DNA of 64,000 nt from Alphaproteobacteria bacterium (GCA_965220745.1 CBDCQT010000011.1:448001-512000); one strand, 5' to 3'; positions 12,489 through 23,309 are shown, counted from the first letter of the stretch. Notes: a model not told the origin generated them from the letters alone. Numbers and translations are program-made.

Positions 12489-13415
12489 ATGAGCGAAGAC
12501 GACAAACCTCCATCTAGCAGCGACAGTGTAGGCGGCGACCGAAGCGGGCGGGCTCGCGCGTCGGTCGTTGGGCTGATCGGCAATTGGCTGCGCAAGGGGC
12601 TCGGCCGCGGCAACGGCGGCTCCTGGCGCGAGTCCCTCGGCGAGATCCTCGAAGAAGAGGAAATCGCCGATCAGATCAGCCCGGACGAGCGCGACCTGCT
12701 GCTCAACCTGCTGCGCTTCGGCAGCCTGACCGCCGAAGACGCGATGGTGCCCCGCAACGACATCACGGCGGTCGAGATCACGGCGCCGCTGGGTGAGGTC
12801 GTCGCCATCATCAAGGAGGAGGGCCATTCGCGGATGCCGCTCTACCGCGGCGATCTCGACGAGATCGTCGGCATGATTCACATCCGCGATGTCATGGGCC
12901 ATTGGGGCGGAGACGGCCCCTTCGACCTGGAGGCAATCCGGCGCGAAATTCTGTACGTGCCCGAATCCATGCCGATCCCCGCCCTGCTCAAGGAGATGCG
13001 CGAGACCCGGCTGCACATGGCGGTGATCGTCGACGAATACGGCGGCACCCACGGCCTGGTCACGATCGAGGACGTGGTGGAGGAGATCGTCGGCGAGATC
13101 GAGGACGAGCACGACGAGATCGAGGCCCCGGCCCTGATCCGCCTGGATGACGGCGCGATGGAGGCGGATGCCCGCGTTCGCGTCGACGAGCTGGAGCGCC
13201 ATCTGGCGGTCCCGCTGCTCGACGGCGACGAGGAGGACGCGGTCGATACCCTCGGCGGGCTCGTGTTCACCCTTGCCGAGCGGGTGCCCCGTGTGGGCGA
13301 GCAAATTTGCCACCCGGTCGGATTCACATTCGAGGTGCTGGAGGCCGACCCGCGGCGCATCAAGAGGCTGCGAGTCAGCCGCACTGAGTCACACCCGGCG
13401 CACGGTCGTCCGTGA
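12489..13415 (+). CDS. corC: CBS/CorC-HlyC domain protein (hemolysin family, YbeX/CorC)
   Basis: [44 protein letters not shown]. Confidence 0.9.
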   Translation: MSEDDKPPSSSDSVGGDRSGRARASVVGLIGNWLRKGLGRGNGGSWRESLGEILEEEEIADQISPDERDLLLNLLRFGSLTAEDAMVPRNDITAVEITAPLGEVVAIIKEEGHSRMPLYRGDLDEIVGMIHIRDVMGHWGGDGPFDLEAIRREILYVPESMPIPALLKEMRETRLHMAVIVDEYGGTHGLVTIEDVVEEIVGEIEDEHDEIEAPALIRLDDGAMEADARVRVDELERHLAVPLLDGDEEDAVDTLGGLVFTLAERVPRVGEQICHPVGFTFEVLEADPRRIKRLRVSRTESHPAHGRP

Positions 13416-15043
13416 CCGACAACGGGCGCCTCGCCGCCACGCGGTATGTGGCGCTGGCGCGTTGGGTCGGCGCCGCATCCGGTTGGCGCCGGTCGGGGAT
13501 CGCCGCCGGCCTCGGCGCCGTCTCGGCGACCGCGCTTCCGCCGGGGCACGCGCTCCCCCTGCTGGTGGTCTCGTTCACGGGCCTGGTCTGGCTGATCCAC
13601 GCCAGCCGCTCGCCGTGGCGCGCCGCCGTCGCGGGTTGGTGGTTCGGCTTCGCTCACTTTCTCTTCAGCATCTACTGGATCGGCGCCGCCATGCTGACCG
13701 ATCCCTCGCGCTTCGGCTGGATGGTGGCGCCGGCGGTGATCGGGCTTTCGGCCGGCTTCGCGCTCTTCCCGGCGCTGGCTGCCTTCGCGGCACGGCTGCC
13801 CGCCCTGCCGCTCGCGGGCCGCGTTCTCGCACTCGCCGTCACCTGGACAGCGGCCGAGTGGCTGCGCGGCAACATCCTGACCGGCTTTCCCATGAACCTG
13901 ATGGGCACGGTCTGGATGCCGTCCGTGGGCATGATCCAGTCCGTAGCGGTAGTCGGGGTCTATGGGCTGAGCTTCGTGACCGTGCTCGCTGCGGCGGCAC
14001 CGGCGGTGCTGGCGACACCCGGCACGGACGAGCGCCCCCGCCGCCAGCGCTGGCTGTTGCCCGCCATCGCGTTCGGGTTGCTGGCGGCGATCTGGGTCGG
14101 CGGGCAGGCGCGCCTCGCGCTGGCGCCCGATCACGCGCCGACCGAGGTGAACCTCCGCCTGGTTCAGGCCAACATCGATCAATCACGGAAGTGGGAGGAC
14201 GGAGCGCGCGAGGCGGGGCTCGCGCACCACGTCGTGCTCTCGCACGAGCCGGGGCTCGCCGAGACCGACGTCGTGATCTGGCCGGAGACGGCCGTGCCCT
14301 TCTTCATGGATGAGAGCGCGACGATCCAGGCATTCGTCTCGCGGGCCGCGCCCCCTGGCGGCTATGTGATCACCGGCGCACCCCGGCGCACCCGTTCGGC
14401 AGGGCGAACGATCGCCGTCTGGAACAGCCTGCATGCGCTAGGCCCGGCGGAAGCCATCACGGCGTCCTACGACAAGCACCACCTGGTGCCGTTCGGCGAG
14501 TACATGCCGCTGCGCGGGATCATCAATCTGCGGGCGATTGCGGCGGCCGGAACGGTCGACAGCTCCCCTGGGCCGGGGCCGCGCACGCTCAGTCTGCCGG
14601 GCGTGCCGCCCTTCAGCCCGCTGATCTGCTACGAGGCGATCTTCCCCGGCGAGGTGGTGGCCGATGACCTATCGCCGGCGGAGCGGCCGCAATGGCTGCT
14701 CAATGTCACCAACGACGCCTGGTTCGGGCACACCGCCGGGCCCTATCAGCATTTTCAGGCGGCGCGCATGCGGGCGGTCGAGGAGGGCATGCCGCTCGTG
14801 CGGGCGGCGAACACCGGCGTCTCCGCCGTCGTCGATTCCTACGGTCGCGTGGTGGGCCGGCTCGGGCTCGGGGAGATCGGCGTGCTCGACGCGCCGCTGC
14901 CGCCCGCGCTCGCGGCGCCGACGCCGATGGCCCGGTTAGGGGGGTGGATCCTCGCCATTCTCCTGCTCCTCGCCGCGGCTGCGACTCTCGCCATCGGCGT
15001 CCAGCATTGGTTGCGCAGCAAGCGGCACGGTCAGGGCGAGTAA
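13412..15043 (+). CDS. lnt: Apolipoprotein N-acyltransferase
   Basis: Multiple TM segments plus nitrilase triad motifs [29 protein letters not shown]. Confidence 0.95.
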   Translation: MTDNGRLAATRYVALARWVGAASGWRRSGIAAGLGAVSATALPPGHALPLLVVSFTGLVWLIHASRSPWRAAVAGWWFGFAHFLFSIYWIGAAMLTDPSRFGWMVAPAVIGLSAGFALFPALAAFAARLPALPLAGRVLALAVTWTAAEWLRGNILTGFPMNLMGTVWMPSVGMIQSVAVVGVYGLSFVTVLAAAAPAVLATPGTDERPRRQRWLLPAIAFGLLAAIWVGGQARLALAPDHAPTEVNLRLVQANIDQSRKWEDGAREAGLAHHVVLSHEPGLAETDVVIWPETAVPFFMDESATIQAFVSRAAPPGGYVITGAPRRTRSAGRTIAVWNSLHALGPAEAITASYDKHHLVPFGEYMPLRGIINLRAIAAAGTVDSSPGPGPRTLSLPGVPPFSPLICYEAIFPGEVVADDLSPAERPQWLLNVTNDAWFGHTAGPYQHFQAARMRAVEEGMPLVRAANTGVSAVVDSYGRVVGRLGLGEIGVLDAPLPPALAAPTPMARLGGWILAILLLLAAAATLAIGVQHWLRSKRHGQGE

Positions 15044-15885
15044 GACCAGGGTGGCACCCCCCCACTAATCACGGTCGCGAGGATCAACGCGAAGGCGGCA
15101 GCGGCGAACGAGTCGCCCCGGTCCAGAATGCCGCCGTGGCCGGGGATCAGACGGCCCGAGTCATCCGCGCCGACGCGCCGCTTGAAGGCGGACTCGGCGA
15201 GGTCGCCCAGCTGTCCCACGATCGAGCCGAGCACGCCGGCGACCGCCAGCACGGCGAGGGTCGGGCGTTCCGCCACCCAGCCGGCGAGCGGCATCAGCCA
15301 ACCGAGCAGGATGCTCGCGCCCACCGCCGCCGCCACGCCGCCAACCGCACCGGCCCAGGTCTTGGCCGGGCTGATGCGCGGCGCGAGACGCGGGCCGCCG
15401 ATCGTTCGCCCGGCCAGATACGCGCCGGTGTCGCTCGCCCAGACCACGGCGAACAGCCAGAAGACCGTCGCGCGACCCGCCGCGTCGTCCCCGCGCAGCG
15501 TGAGCGAGGCGACGACGAGAAGGAGGATAATGCCGGCGCCCGCCAGTCCCGCCGCGCGCACGCGCAGCTCGCCAGGTTCTGCGCCTGCGACCACGAGAGC
15601 GGCCGCCGCAGCGGCGCCGGCGGCGGCAACCGTTCCGATCACCGCGAAGAGCGCGCAGACCGCGATCAGACCTGTGATGCCGACCGCCGCGGCGACATCA
15701 ATCGCCGGCCGGCCGAGCAGCCTGCGCCATTCGAGCCAGGCGAGCACGCCCGCCGCTCCCACTGCTGCGATGAAGACGGGGCCGCCGAGGTAGGCCGTAC
15801 CGAGCGCAACGGGCACGAGCACCGCAGCCGACGCTGCGCGCAGGCCAAGGCCGCCCGCGCCGCCTCCCGCTTGCGGGTCCGTCAT
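15031..15885 (-). CDS. cdsA: Phosphatidate cytidylyltransferase
   Basis: WASDTGAYLAGR.IGG..LAPRISPAKTW.G, GDLAESAFKR..G..DSG.LIPGHGG.LDR.D; ATG 15885 chosen as start. Confidence 0.92.
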   Translation of the reverse strand: MTDPQAGGGAGGLGLRAASAAVLVPVALGTAYLGGPVFIAAVGAAGVLAWLEWRRLLGRPAIDVAAAVGITGLIAVCALFAVIGTVAAAGAAAAAALVVAGAEPGELRVRAAGLAGAGIILLLVVASLTLRGDDAAGRATVFWLFAVVWASDTGAYLAGRTIGGPRLAPRISPAKTWAGAVGGVAAAVGASILLGWLMPLAGWVAERPTLAVLAVAGVLGSIVGQLGDLAESAFKRRVGADDSGRLIPGHGGILDRGDSFAAAAFALILATVISGGVPPWSYSP

Positions 15886-16148
15886 GCCCGATTCTGCCAC
15901 ATCAATGCCACATTCGACGGCCATATCGTCTTGCGGGTGACGGTGAAGCGCTTCGTCCCTCCCGCTGTCTCCCAAACGACTGGTCGGTCCTCCAGCTGGG
16001 GCGGTCCTCGCGACCGCCCCAGTTTCTTGTCGGCATGGGCCACCCATGCGTCTTGCGCCGGCGCCTCGGCTGGGGCTCGTGCGCGCCGTTCCGGCTATGC
16101 GGATGATGGGATAGCATGGCGCCCCTTTGCCGACCACGGGACATCGCC

Positions 16149-16583
16149 ATGCCGATCACGCCGATCCACCATATCCCCCTCAAGCCGGAATACCACAGCC
16201 CCTTCAGCGCCGCCTTCGCGGTCGAGGACGCGAGGCTGTTGCTCTTCTCCGGGTGCGGTCCGATCCCGATCTATCACGCGCACCCGCACGACCCGGTGGC
16301 CGAGGCCGAGTGGTTGGCAGGCGGCATCCGCGTGCAGACTGAGAAGACCTTCGCCAACATCGGCACCATTCTGGAGGCGGCGGGGGCCGACTTCTCCCAG
16401 ATCGTCAAGCTCAATATCTATCTCACCGACATGTCGGGGCAGAACGTCGTGAACGAGATATCCGCCCGGCACTTCGATCCGGCGAATCCGCCGCCGCGCA
16501 CCCTCGTCGGCGTGACCGAGCTCGCCCATCCCGGAATGCTGATCGAGATCGAGGGCATGGTGGCGACGCCGCTCGGAAACTGA
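16149..16583 (+). CDS. RidA/YjgF/YER057c family protein
   Basis: LEAAGA..SQIVKLNIYLTDM, PPRT (conserved Arg), LIEIE. Confidence 0.88.
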   Translation: MPITPIHHIPLKPEYHSPFSAAFAVEDARLLLFSGCGPIPIYHAHPHDPVAEAEWLAGGIRVQTEKTFANIGTILEAAGADFSQIVKLNIYLTDMSGQNVVNEISARHFDPANPPPRTLVGVTELAHPGMLIEIEGMVATPLGN

Positions 16584-16701
16584 GAAATAGTTCGGCCGTT
16601 TGATCGGGTCTACGGGCAGCGGCACAATAAGCGACAAGAAGAACGAACAACGGCGGAAATCGCGCACCGCCCGGTGGGCGGACGGAGAACGGGAGGCAGT
16701 C

Positions 16702-17778
16702 ATGCAGAACGGAGCAATCAAGGTGCTCGTGGTGGGCGTCGGCAACATGGGGCTCAGCCACGCGCTCGCTTACGACAAGATCGATGGCTTCGAGCTCGTC
16801 GGGCTGTGCAGCCGGAGCATCCGCGGGCGCAACGACCTGCCCGCCGAGCTGGCGTCGCTGCCGCGCTACGAGAACGTCGACGAGGCCCTCGCCGAGTCCC
16901 GGCCCGATGCGGTCTCGATCAACACCTATCCCAACACCCACGAGGAATTCTGCCTCAAGGCGTTCGATGCGGGCTGCCACGTCTTCGTCGAGAAGCCGCT
17001 GGCCACCACCGTGGAGGGTGCCCAGGCGGTGGTGGACAAGGCGCGCGCGACCGGCAAGAAGCTGGTCATCGGCTACATCCTGCGCGTGCACCCCGCCTGG
17101 ACGGAGTTCATCGCGCGCGCACAGACTCTCGGCAAGCCGCTGGTCATGCGCATGAACCTCAACCAGCAGAGTCGGGGGCCGGCCTGGAACTGGCACCGCA
17201 ACCTGATGGAGTCGCTCACGCCCATCGTCGATTGCGGGGTCCACTACGTCGATGTCATGTGCCAGATGACCGGCGCCCAGCCGGTCCGCGTGCACGGCGT
17301 CGGCGCCCAGCTTACCGACCAGACCAAGGTGCAGAACTACGGCCACCTCCACGTCGAGTTCGACGACGGCTCGGTGGGCTGGTACGAGGCCGGCTGGGGC
17401 CCGATGATGAGCGAGGTCGCGTTTTTCGTGAAGGACGTGGTCGGGCCCAAGGGCTGCGTCAGCATCGTCATGCCGCAGGAGGGGCAGGATCACGCGGCCT
17501 CGGACGATATCGACTCGCATACAAAGACCAACGCGCTGCTCTGCCATTCGAGCGAGATCGACGAAGCCAACAACTTCGTGCACGAGGACGAGTGGGTCGA
17601 CATGGCCGACGAGCCCACGCATCAGGAGCTGTGCGACCGCGAGCAGGAATTCCTGCTCAAGGCGATCCGCGAGGACGTCGATCTTTCCGAGCACATGGAT
17701 AGCGCGGTCAACAGCCTGCGCATCGTCATCGCCGCTGACGAGAGCATCAAGCGGCGGGAGGTCGTGCACCTCGGCTGA
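16702..17778 (+). CDS. Gfo/Idh/MocA family oxidoreductase
   Basis: VVGVGNMG Rossmann motif, HVFVEKPLA, DCGVHYVD; GGAGG RBS before ATG 16702. Confidence 0.88.
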   Translation: MQNGAIKVLVVGVGNMGLSHALAYDKIDGFELVGLCSRSIRGRNDLPAELASLPRYENVDEALAESRPDAVSINTYPNTHEEFCLKAFDAGCHVFVEKPLATTVEGAQAVVDKARATGKKLVIGYILRVHPAWTEFIARAQTLGKPLVMRMNLNQQSRGPAWNWHRNLMESLTPIVDCGVHYVDVMCQMTGAQPVRVHGVGAQLTDQTKVQNYGHLHVEFDDGSVGWYEAGWGPMMSEVAFFVKDVVGPKGCVSIVMPQEGQDHAASDDIDSHTKTNALLCHSSEIDEANNFVHEDEWVDMADEPTHQELCDREQEFLLKAIREDVDLSEHMDSAVNSLRIVIAADESIKRREVVHLG

Positions 17779-17842
17779 GGGGCACGGGGATGCGGCGAGG
17801 CACTTAAGGGAAGGCCCAGGGGAGGCCAAGGGGAGGCACAAC

Positions 17843-19270
17843 ATGGCATCGGCAGATCTCGAGCTTTGCTATCTGACGGCGACCGAGGCGCTGGAGCGCT
17901 TCAAGGCGCGCACGCTCTCGCCTGTGGAGCTGCTGGACGCGCAGATCGCGCGTACGCAGGAAGTCAATCCCAAGCTCAACGCCATCACTTACGACTATTT
18001 CGACCGCGCGCGCGAGCAGGCGCAGAAGGCCGAGGCGAAGTACGGGAAGACCGATGGCCGGCTCCGCGCTCTCGAAGGGGTGACGGTGGGCATCAAGGAC
18101 TTCCACCCGGTCAAGGGCGAGATCACGACCATGGGCTCGAAGATTTTCGAGGATTTTCGGCCCGACTACTCAGCGGCGACGGTGGACCGGCTGCTGCGCG
18201 CTGGCGGCATCATGCACCTGCGCACCACGACGCCGGAGTTCGCCTATTCCGGCAACACCCACAGTCCGCTCTGGGGCGTTACGCACAACCCGTGGAACCT
18301 GGACTACACCCCCGGCGGCTCCTCTGGCGGTGCGGGCGCGGCGGTCGCCGGCGGCATGACCACGCTGGCCGACGGGACGGACGGCGGCGGCTCGATCCGC
18401 ATCCCGTCATCCGCCTGCGGCCTCTTCGGCTACAAGCCGCCCTTCGGCCGCAACCCGCTGGACCGCGACCATCCGCTTGAGACGATCCTGCACTACGGCC
18501 CCATGGTCCGCAGCGTCGCCGACGCCGCGCTGATGCAGAACGTCATGTCCGGCCCGCATCCGGACGACCTGTGCAGCCTGCCGAACAAGATTCGGCTGCC
18601 AACCACTTACGATGACATCCGCGGCTGGAAGGTCGCCTTCTCCATGAACCTCGGCTACTTCGAGGTCGACCCGGAGGTGCAGGCGAACATGCGGCACGCG
18701 GCGGACGTGCTGCGCGACCTCGGCTGCGAGGTCAATGAGGTCGACGTCGGCTTCAACTGGGGCGTCCAGGATTGCTGGATGACCTGGTGGGAGGGTCTTT
18801 TCGCCGGGATCGCGGGCCACCTGCTGCCCCGCTGGCAATACGAGATGGACCCCTTCGTGGTCAGGCTGCTGGAGAAGGGCATGACCCACAGCGCCGCGCG
18901 CCTCTACCAGTGCCAGGTGTTCCGCGGCTGGATGTGGGAGCAGCTGCAGCCGATCCTCAAGCGCTACAACTTCCTGATCTGCCCGACTCTGGCGGTGCCG
19001 TCGGTCAAGGCCGACCAGAACGACGCGGACCCCAATTTCCAGATCAACGGGGTGCGCGTGATGGCCTATGTCGGCTGGATCTGCACCAACCCCTTCAACC
19101 TGCTGAGTCAGTGCCCGGTGATGAGCGTGCCGACCGGCTTCTCCTCATTCGGGGTGCCGACCGGCATGCAGGTCGTGGGCCGGCCCTACGACGATCACTC
19201 CGTGTTCCGCGCGGCCGCCGCCTTCGAGGGCGCGACCCAGCCCTGGCAGAGCAAGCGGCCCGCGATCTAG
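17843..19270 (+). CDS. Amidase signature family enzyme (copy 1)
   Basis: GIKD, TPGGSSGG, DGTDGGGSIRIP (Lys-cisSer-Ser triad). Confidence 0.92.
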   Translation: MASADLELCYLTATEALERFKARTLSPVELLDAQIARTQEVNPKLNAITYDYFDRAREQAQKAEAKYGKTDGRLRALEGVTVGIKDFHPVKGEITTMGSKIFEDFRPDYSAATVDRLLRAGGIMHLRTTTPEFAYSGNTHSPLWGVTHNPWNLDYTPGGSSGGAGAAVAGGMTTLADGTDGGGSIRIPSSACGLFGYKPPFGRNPLDRDHPLETILHYGPMVRSVADAALMQNVMSGPHPDDLCSLPNKIRLPTTYDDIRGWKVAFSMNLGYFEVDPEVQANMRHAADVLRDLGCEVNEVDVGFNWGVQDCWMTWWEGLFAGIAGHLLPRWQYEMDPFVVRLLEKGMTHSAARLYQCQVFRGWMWEQLQPILKRYNFLICPTLAVPSVKADQNDADPNFQINGVRVMAYVGWICTNPFNLLSQCPVMSVPTGFSSFGVPTGMQVVGRPYDDHSVFRAAAAFEGATQPWQSKRPAI

Positions 19271-19380
19271 GGCGCGCGCAACACGGCCGCCGGCGGCGGG
19301 AAGGGTCGTGTACCGCGCGTAAGCGGCGGAGCCACAAGGCCGAGGACGGCGCGCGGCGGTACTGCGGCGGGAGGTGAGTC

Positions 19381-20814
19381 TTGGCATCGGCGGATCTGGA
19401 GCTTTGCTATCTCTCGGCGAGCGAGGCGCTGGAGCGCTTCAAGGCGCGCACGCTCTCGCCCGTCGAGCTGCTGGACGCGCAGATCGCGCGCACGCAGGCG
19501 GTCAACCCCAAGCTAAACGCCATCACTTACGACTACTTCGACCGGGCACGCGAGCAGGCGCAGAAGGCCGAGGCGAAGTACGGGAAGACCGACGGCCGGC
19601 TGCGTGCGCTGGAAGGCGTGCCAGTCGCAATCAAGGACTTCCACGCGGTCAAGGGCGAGATCACCACCCTCGGCTCGAAGATCTTCGAGGATTTTAGGCC
19701 GGACTACACCGCGCCCACGGTGGACCGGCTCCTGCGTGCCGGCGCCATCATGCACATGCGCTCCACATCGCCGGAGTTCGCCCACTCGGGCGCCACTCAC
19801 AGCCCGCTCTGGGGCGTCACGCGCAATCCGTGGAACCTGGAGTACACCCCCGGCGGCTCTTCCGGCGGCGCGGGCGCGGTGGTCGCAGCCGGCATGGCGA
19901 CGCTTGCCGACGGCACCGACGGCGGCGGCTCCATCCGCATCCCGGCCGCAGCCTGCGGCCTCTTCGGCTACAAGCCGCCCTTCGGCCGCAATCCGCTGGA
20001 CCGCGACCATCCCTTCGAGACCATCCTGCACTACGGCCCGATCGTCCGCACCGTGGCCGATGCCGCGCTGGTGCAGAACGTCATGTCCGGCCAACACCCG
20101 GAGGATCACCGCTCCCTGCCGGGCCGGGTCCGGCTGCCGGCCAGCTACGCGGGAATTCGCGGCTTCAAGGTCGCCCTCAGCATGGATCTCGGCTACCTCC
20201 AGGTCGATCCGGAGGTGGAGGAGGCGACGCGGCGCGCGGCCGCGCTTTTCCGCGAGCTCGGCTGCGAGGTGGAGGAGGTCGAGCTCGGCTGGGACTATGG
20301 CGCCCTCGACATCTGCGTGACCTGGTGGGAGGGCATCTTCGCAGGCCTCGTCGGCCAATACCTGCCCCGCTGGCAGTACGAAATGGATCCCTTCGTCGTG
20401 AAGCTGGTGGAGCGGGGCCTCGGGCTCAGCGCTGCCCGCCTCTATCAGTGTTACGAAGCGCGTGGCCGGATGTGGCAACAGCTGCAGCCGATCCTCAAGT
20501 CCCACGATATCTTGATCTGTCCGACGAATACGGTGCCGGCGGTCAAGGCCGACCATGACAATGCGAACCCGGATTTTCGGATCAACGGGGTACGGGTCAT
20601 GGCTTACGGCGGCTGGATCGCGACCTACGGCTTCAATCAGGTGAGCCAATGCCCGGTGATGAGCGTGCCGACCGGGTTCTCCGCCAGCGGCGTGCCGATC
20701 GGCATGCAGATCGTGGGGCGGCCCTACGACGACCATTCCGTGTTCCGCGCATCTGCTGCCTTCGAGGCCGCGACCCGGCCCTGGCAGAGCAAGCGGCCCG
20801 CGATCGAGGAGTAA
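19381..20814 (+). CDS. Amidase signature family enzyme (copy 2, tandem paralog)
   Basis: Same triad motifs; TTG start with GGAGGTG RBS; N-terminus nearly identical to copy 1. Confidence 0.92.
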   Translation: MASADLELCYLSASEALERFKARTLSPVELLDAQIARTQAVNPKLNAITYDYFDRAREQAQKAEAKYGKTDGRLRALEGVPVAIKDFHAVKGEITTLGSKIFEDFRPDYTAPTVDRLLRAGAIMHMRSTSPEFAHSGATHSPLWGVTRNPWNLEYTPGGSSGGAGAVVAAGMATLADGTDGGGSIRIPAAACGLFGYKPPFGRNPLDRDHPFETILHYGPIVRTVADAALVQNVMSGQHPEDHRSLPGRVRLPASYAGIRGFKVALSMDLGYLQVDPEVEEATRRAAALFRELGCEVEEVELGWDYGALDICVTWWEGIFAGLVGQYLPRWQYEMDPFVVKLVERGLGLSAARLYQCYEARGRMWQQLQPILKSHDILICPTNTVPAVKADHDNANPDFRINGVRVMAYGGWIATYGFNQVSQCPVMSVPTGFSASGVPIGMQIVGRPYDDHSVFRASAAFEAATRPWQSKRPAIEE

Positions 20815-20846
20815 GACGTCGCAGGACGCGTTGAGGAGGAGCAACG

Positions 20847-21476
20847 ATGAAGCTTTACAGTTGGGGGGCTGCGCCCAATCCGCGCCGGGTATTGATCTAC
20901 ATGGCCGAGAAGGGCATCGAGATTCCGGTGGTGGAGGCCGGCGAGGGCGCGCATCTCACCGACGACTACCTCGCCCGCTACGACGGGCGCATCGTGCCGA
21001 TGCTGGAGCTCGACGACGGCACGCAGATCGGCGAGGCGATGGCGATCTGCCGCTATCTTGAGGAGGCGTATCCGGCCCCGCCGCTCTTCGGCGTGAACCG
21101 GCGGGACCGCGCGATTGTCGACATGTGGGAGCGCCGCGCCGAGACCGAGGGCTTCGCCGGCGTGGCCGAGGTGTTCCGCAATTCCACCCCGGCGTTCGCG
21201 GGCCGTGGCCTGCCGGGCTTTGCCGAGCCGATCGAGCAGATCGCGGCCCTGGTGGAGCGCGGCAAGAAGCGGCTCGCCCGCTTCTACGGCCGCATCGAGC
21301 GCCAGCTTGCGGACAACCGGTTCCTCGCGGGCTCCCGCTTCAGCGTCGCCGACATCACCGCTCTCTGCATCGTCGACTTCGCGACCAGGGGCGCCAAGGT
21401 CGGGCTGCCGGAGGATCACACCAACGCCCGGCGCTGGCACACCGAAGTCTCCGCCCGTCCGAGCATTGCGTGCTAA
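20847..21476 (+). CDS. Glutathione S-transferase family protein
   Basis: APNPRRV..Y.AEKGI, VPMLELDDG..I.E..AICRYLE, FLAG.RFSVADIT. Confidence 0.9.
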   Translation: MKLYSWGAAPNPRRVLIYMAEKGIEIPVVEAGEGAHLTDDYLARYDGRIVPMLELDDGTQIGEAMAICRYLEEAYPAPPLFGVNRRDRAIVDMWERRAETEGFAGVAEVFRNSTPAFAGRGLPGFAEPIEQIAALVERGKKRLARFYGRIERQLADNRFLAGSRFSVADITALCIVDFATRGAKVGLPEDHTNARRWHTEVSARPSIAC

Positions 21477-21519
21477 CCCGGCGGCGTCGGGGCTGGTTAT
21501 AGAAATTTGGGTAGGGCTC

Positions 21520-21548
21520 TTGCGCTGGCCTATTTGTGTAGCTACAAT
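21520..21548 (+). promoter_or_regulatory. TA operon promoter with overlapping palindromic operator
   Basis: TTGCGC, 17 bp, TACAAT; perfect palindrome TGTAGCTACA at 21537-21546 overlaps the -10 element. Confidence 0.6.
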
Positions 21549-21574
21549 GAGGCTACGCATTAGGAGCGAGATAA

Positions 21575-21832
21575 ATGAGCGCTGATTCAGTCGTGCGGGC
21601 TCGTATCGACAGCGATACCAAGGTGCGGGCTACGGAAGCACTCAGCGCCATGGGTTTGACGGTATCAGATGCCATTCGGCTGATGCTGTTGCGGGTGGCG
21701 GACGAGAAGCGCTTGCCCTTCGCGGTTCAGGTGCCGAACGCGACCACCGTCAAGGCCATGAAGGAGCTGGAGGAGGGCAAGGGCAAGCGGTTCGCTAGCG
21801 TGGACGAGCTGTTCGAGGACATCGGCGCCTGA
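21575..21832 (+). CDS. dinJ: RelB/DinJ family antitoxin
   Basis: VVRARID...K..A...L.AMGLTVSDAIRL.L.RVA.EKRLPF...VPN.TT. Confidence 0.9.
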   Translation: MSADSVVRARIDSDTKVRATEALSAMGLTVSDAIRLMLLRVADEKRLPFAVQVPNATTVKAMKELEEGKGKRFASVDELFEDIGA

Positions 21833-21833
21833 C

Positions 21834-22106
21834 GTGCTCATCCCGGTCCGGTCCGCGCAGTTCAAGCGTGATATGAGGCGGCTGCAAAGGCGTGGCAAAG
21901 ACTTGACTAAACTCCGCCAGCCGCTGGCGATGTTGGCTCGGCAAGCCCCGCTTCCCGCTCGCTATCGCGATCACCCTTTGCGGGGCAACTGGCGGGGTTA
22001 TCGCGAATTCCACATCGAGCCGAATTGGCTGCTGATCTACCGCGTCGTGGGAGCCGAGTTGCGGCTGGCCCGCACAGGCTCCCACGCTGACCTCTTCAAC
22101 GAGTGA
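21834..22106 (+). CDS. yafQ: YafQ family mRNA interferase toxin
   Basis: QFKRD, RDHPL.GNW.GYRE.HIEPNWLLIY, RTGSHADLF. Confidence 0.9.
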   Translation: MLIPVRSAQFKRDMRRLQRRGKDLTKLRQPLAMLARQAPLPARYRDHPLRGNWRGYREFHIEPNWLLIYRVVGAELRLARTGSHADLFNE

Positions 22107-22163
22107 TGTCACGGACAGGCCCTGCGGCTTGCCGCGTATCGGGGCACGCCATAGACTCTTTCC

Positions 22164-22412
22164 ATGGGCGAGAGCGGCGAGAAGGACGGCGAGGCGCAGA
22201 CCTTCGAGAGCGCGATGCGCGAGCTCGAAGGGATCGTGCATGAGCTTGAGGCAGGCGAAACCGGTCTCGAAGCGGCCATTGCGGCCTATGAGCGCGGCGT
22301 CAAGCTGAAGACGTTCTGCGAGGAGAAGCTCAGGCAGGCCGAGCTCCGCGTCGAGAAGATCGACAGCGATGCGGCCGGCGCCGCCCGCACGGAGCCGTTC
22401 GAGACCGGCTGA
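22164..22412 (+). CDS. xseB: Exodeoxyribonuclease VII small subunit
   Basis: TFESAMRELE.IV..LE.GE..LE.AI.AYERG..L...C...L..AE.RVEKI. Confidence 0.93.
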   Translation: MGESGEKDGEAQTFESAMRELEGIVHELEAGETGLEAAIAAYERGVKLKTFCEEKLRQAELRVEKIDSDAAGAARTEPFETG

Positions 22413-22421
22413 GGGCGCCGG

Positions 22422-23309
22422 GTGAGGTCGCTGGAGGATGCGCTCCGCGAGTCCGCGGAGGCGGTAGACGAAGCCCTCGAATCGCTGGTTCCCGCGCCTG
22501 ACGGTGCCGACGGGCGGCTCTTCGAGGCGATGCGCTACTCCCTCTTCGCCGGCGGAAAGCGGCTCAGGCCCTTCCTGGTGCTGTCCGGCGCCGACCTCTT
22601 CAAGGTGCCGCGCGCCTGGTCCGTCAACACCGCCGCGGCAATCGAGATGGTGCACACCTACTCGCTGGTCCACGACGACCTGCCGGCGATGGACGACGAC
22701 GACCTGCGCCGCGGCAAACCGACCTGCCATATCGCCTTCGACGAGGCGACGGCGATCCTGGTGGGCGATTCCCTGCTCACCCTCGCCTTCGAGGCAGTGA
22801 CGACGCCGGCCGGGCATCCCGACGCTGCCGTGCGTGCGGAGATCGCCTGCGCATTGGCGCAGGCGGCCGGCGCGGACGGCATGGCCGGCGGCCAGGCCAT
22901 CGACCTCGCGGCGGAAAGCCGGGATCTCACCCTCGACGAAGTGGTCCGGCTGCAGCGACTCAAGACCGGCGCGCTGTTCGGATTCTCTTGTGAGGCCGGC
23001 GCCATTCTCGCGGGCGAGGACGGGGCGGCCCGCAGGGCGCTCCGCGACTATGCCGCCTGCATCGGGCTCGCGTTCCAGATCGCCGACGACCTGCTCGACC
23101 ACGAGGGCACGGAGGCCGCCCTCGGCAAGGCTGTCGGCAAGGACGCCGCCGCCGGCAAGGCGACCTTCGTCGGTCTGCTCGGTGCGGAGGAGGCGCGACA
23201 GCGGGCCGAGGCGCTGGTGGACGATGCCATCGCGGCGCTCAGCGCTTTCGACGAGAAGGCAGCCCCACTCCGCGCCGTCGCCCGCTATATCGTGGAGCGG
23301 CGCCACTGA
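22422..23309 (+). CDS. ispA: Farnesyl/geranylgeranyl diphosphate synthase
   Basis: GGKRLRP, HTYSLVHDDLPAMDDDDLRRGKPT, KTGALF, FQIADDLLD. Confidence 0.95.
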   Translation: MRSLEDALRESAEAVDEALESLVPAPDGADGRLFEAMRYSLFAGGKRLRPFLVLSGADLFKVPRAWSVNTAAAIEMVHTYSLVHDDLPAMDDDDLRRGKPTCHIAFDEATAILVGDSLLTLAFEAVTTPAGHPDAAVRAEIACALAQAAGADGMAGGQAIDLAAESRDLTLDEVVRLQRLKTGALFGFSCEAGAILAGEDGAARRALRDYAACIGLAFQIADDLLDHEGTEAALGKAVGKDAAAGKATFVGLLGAEEARQRAEALVDDAIAALSAFDEKAAPLRAVARYIVERRH

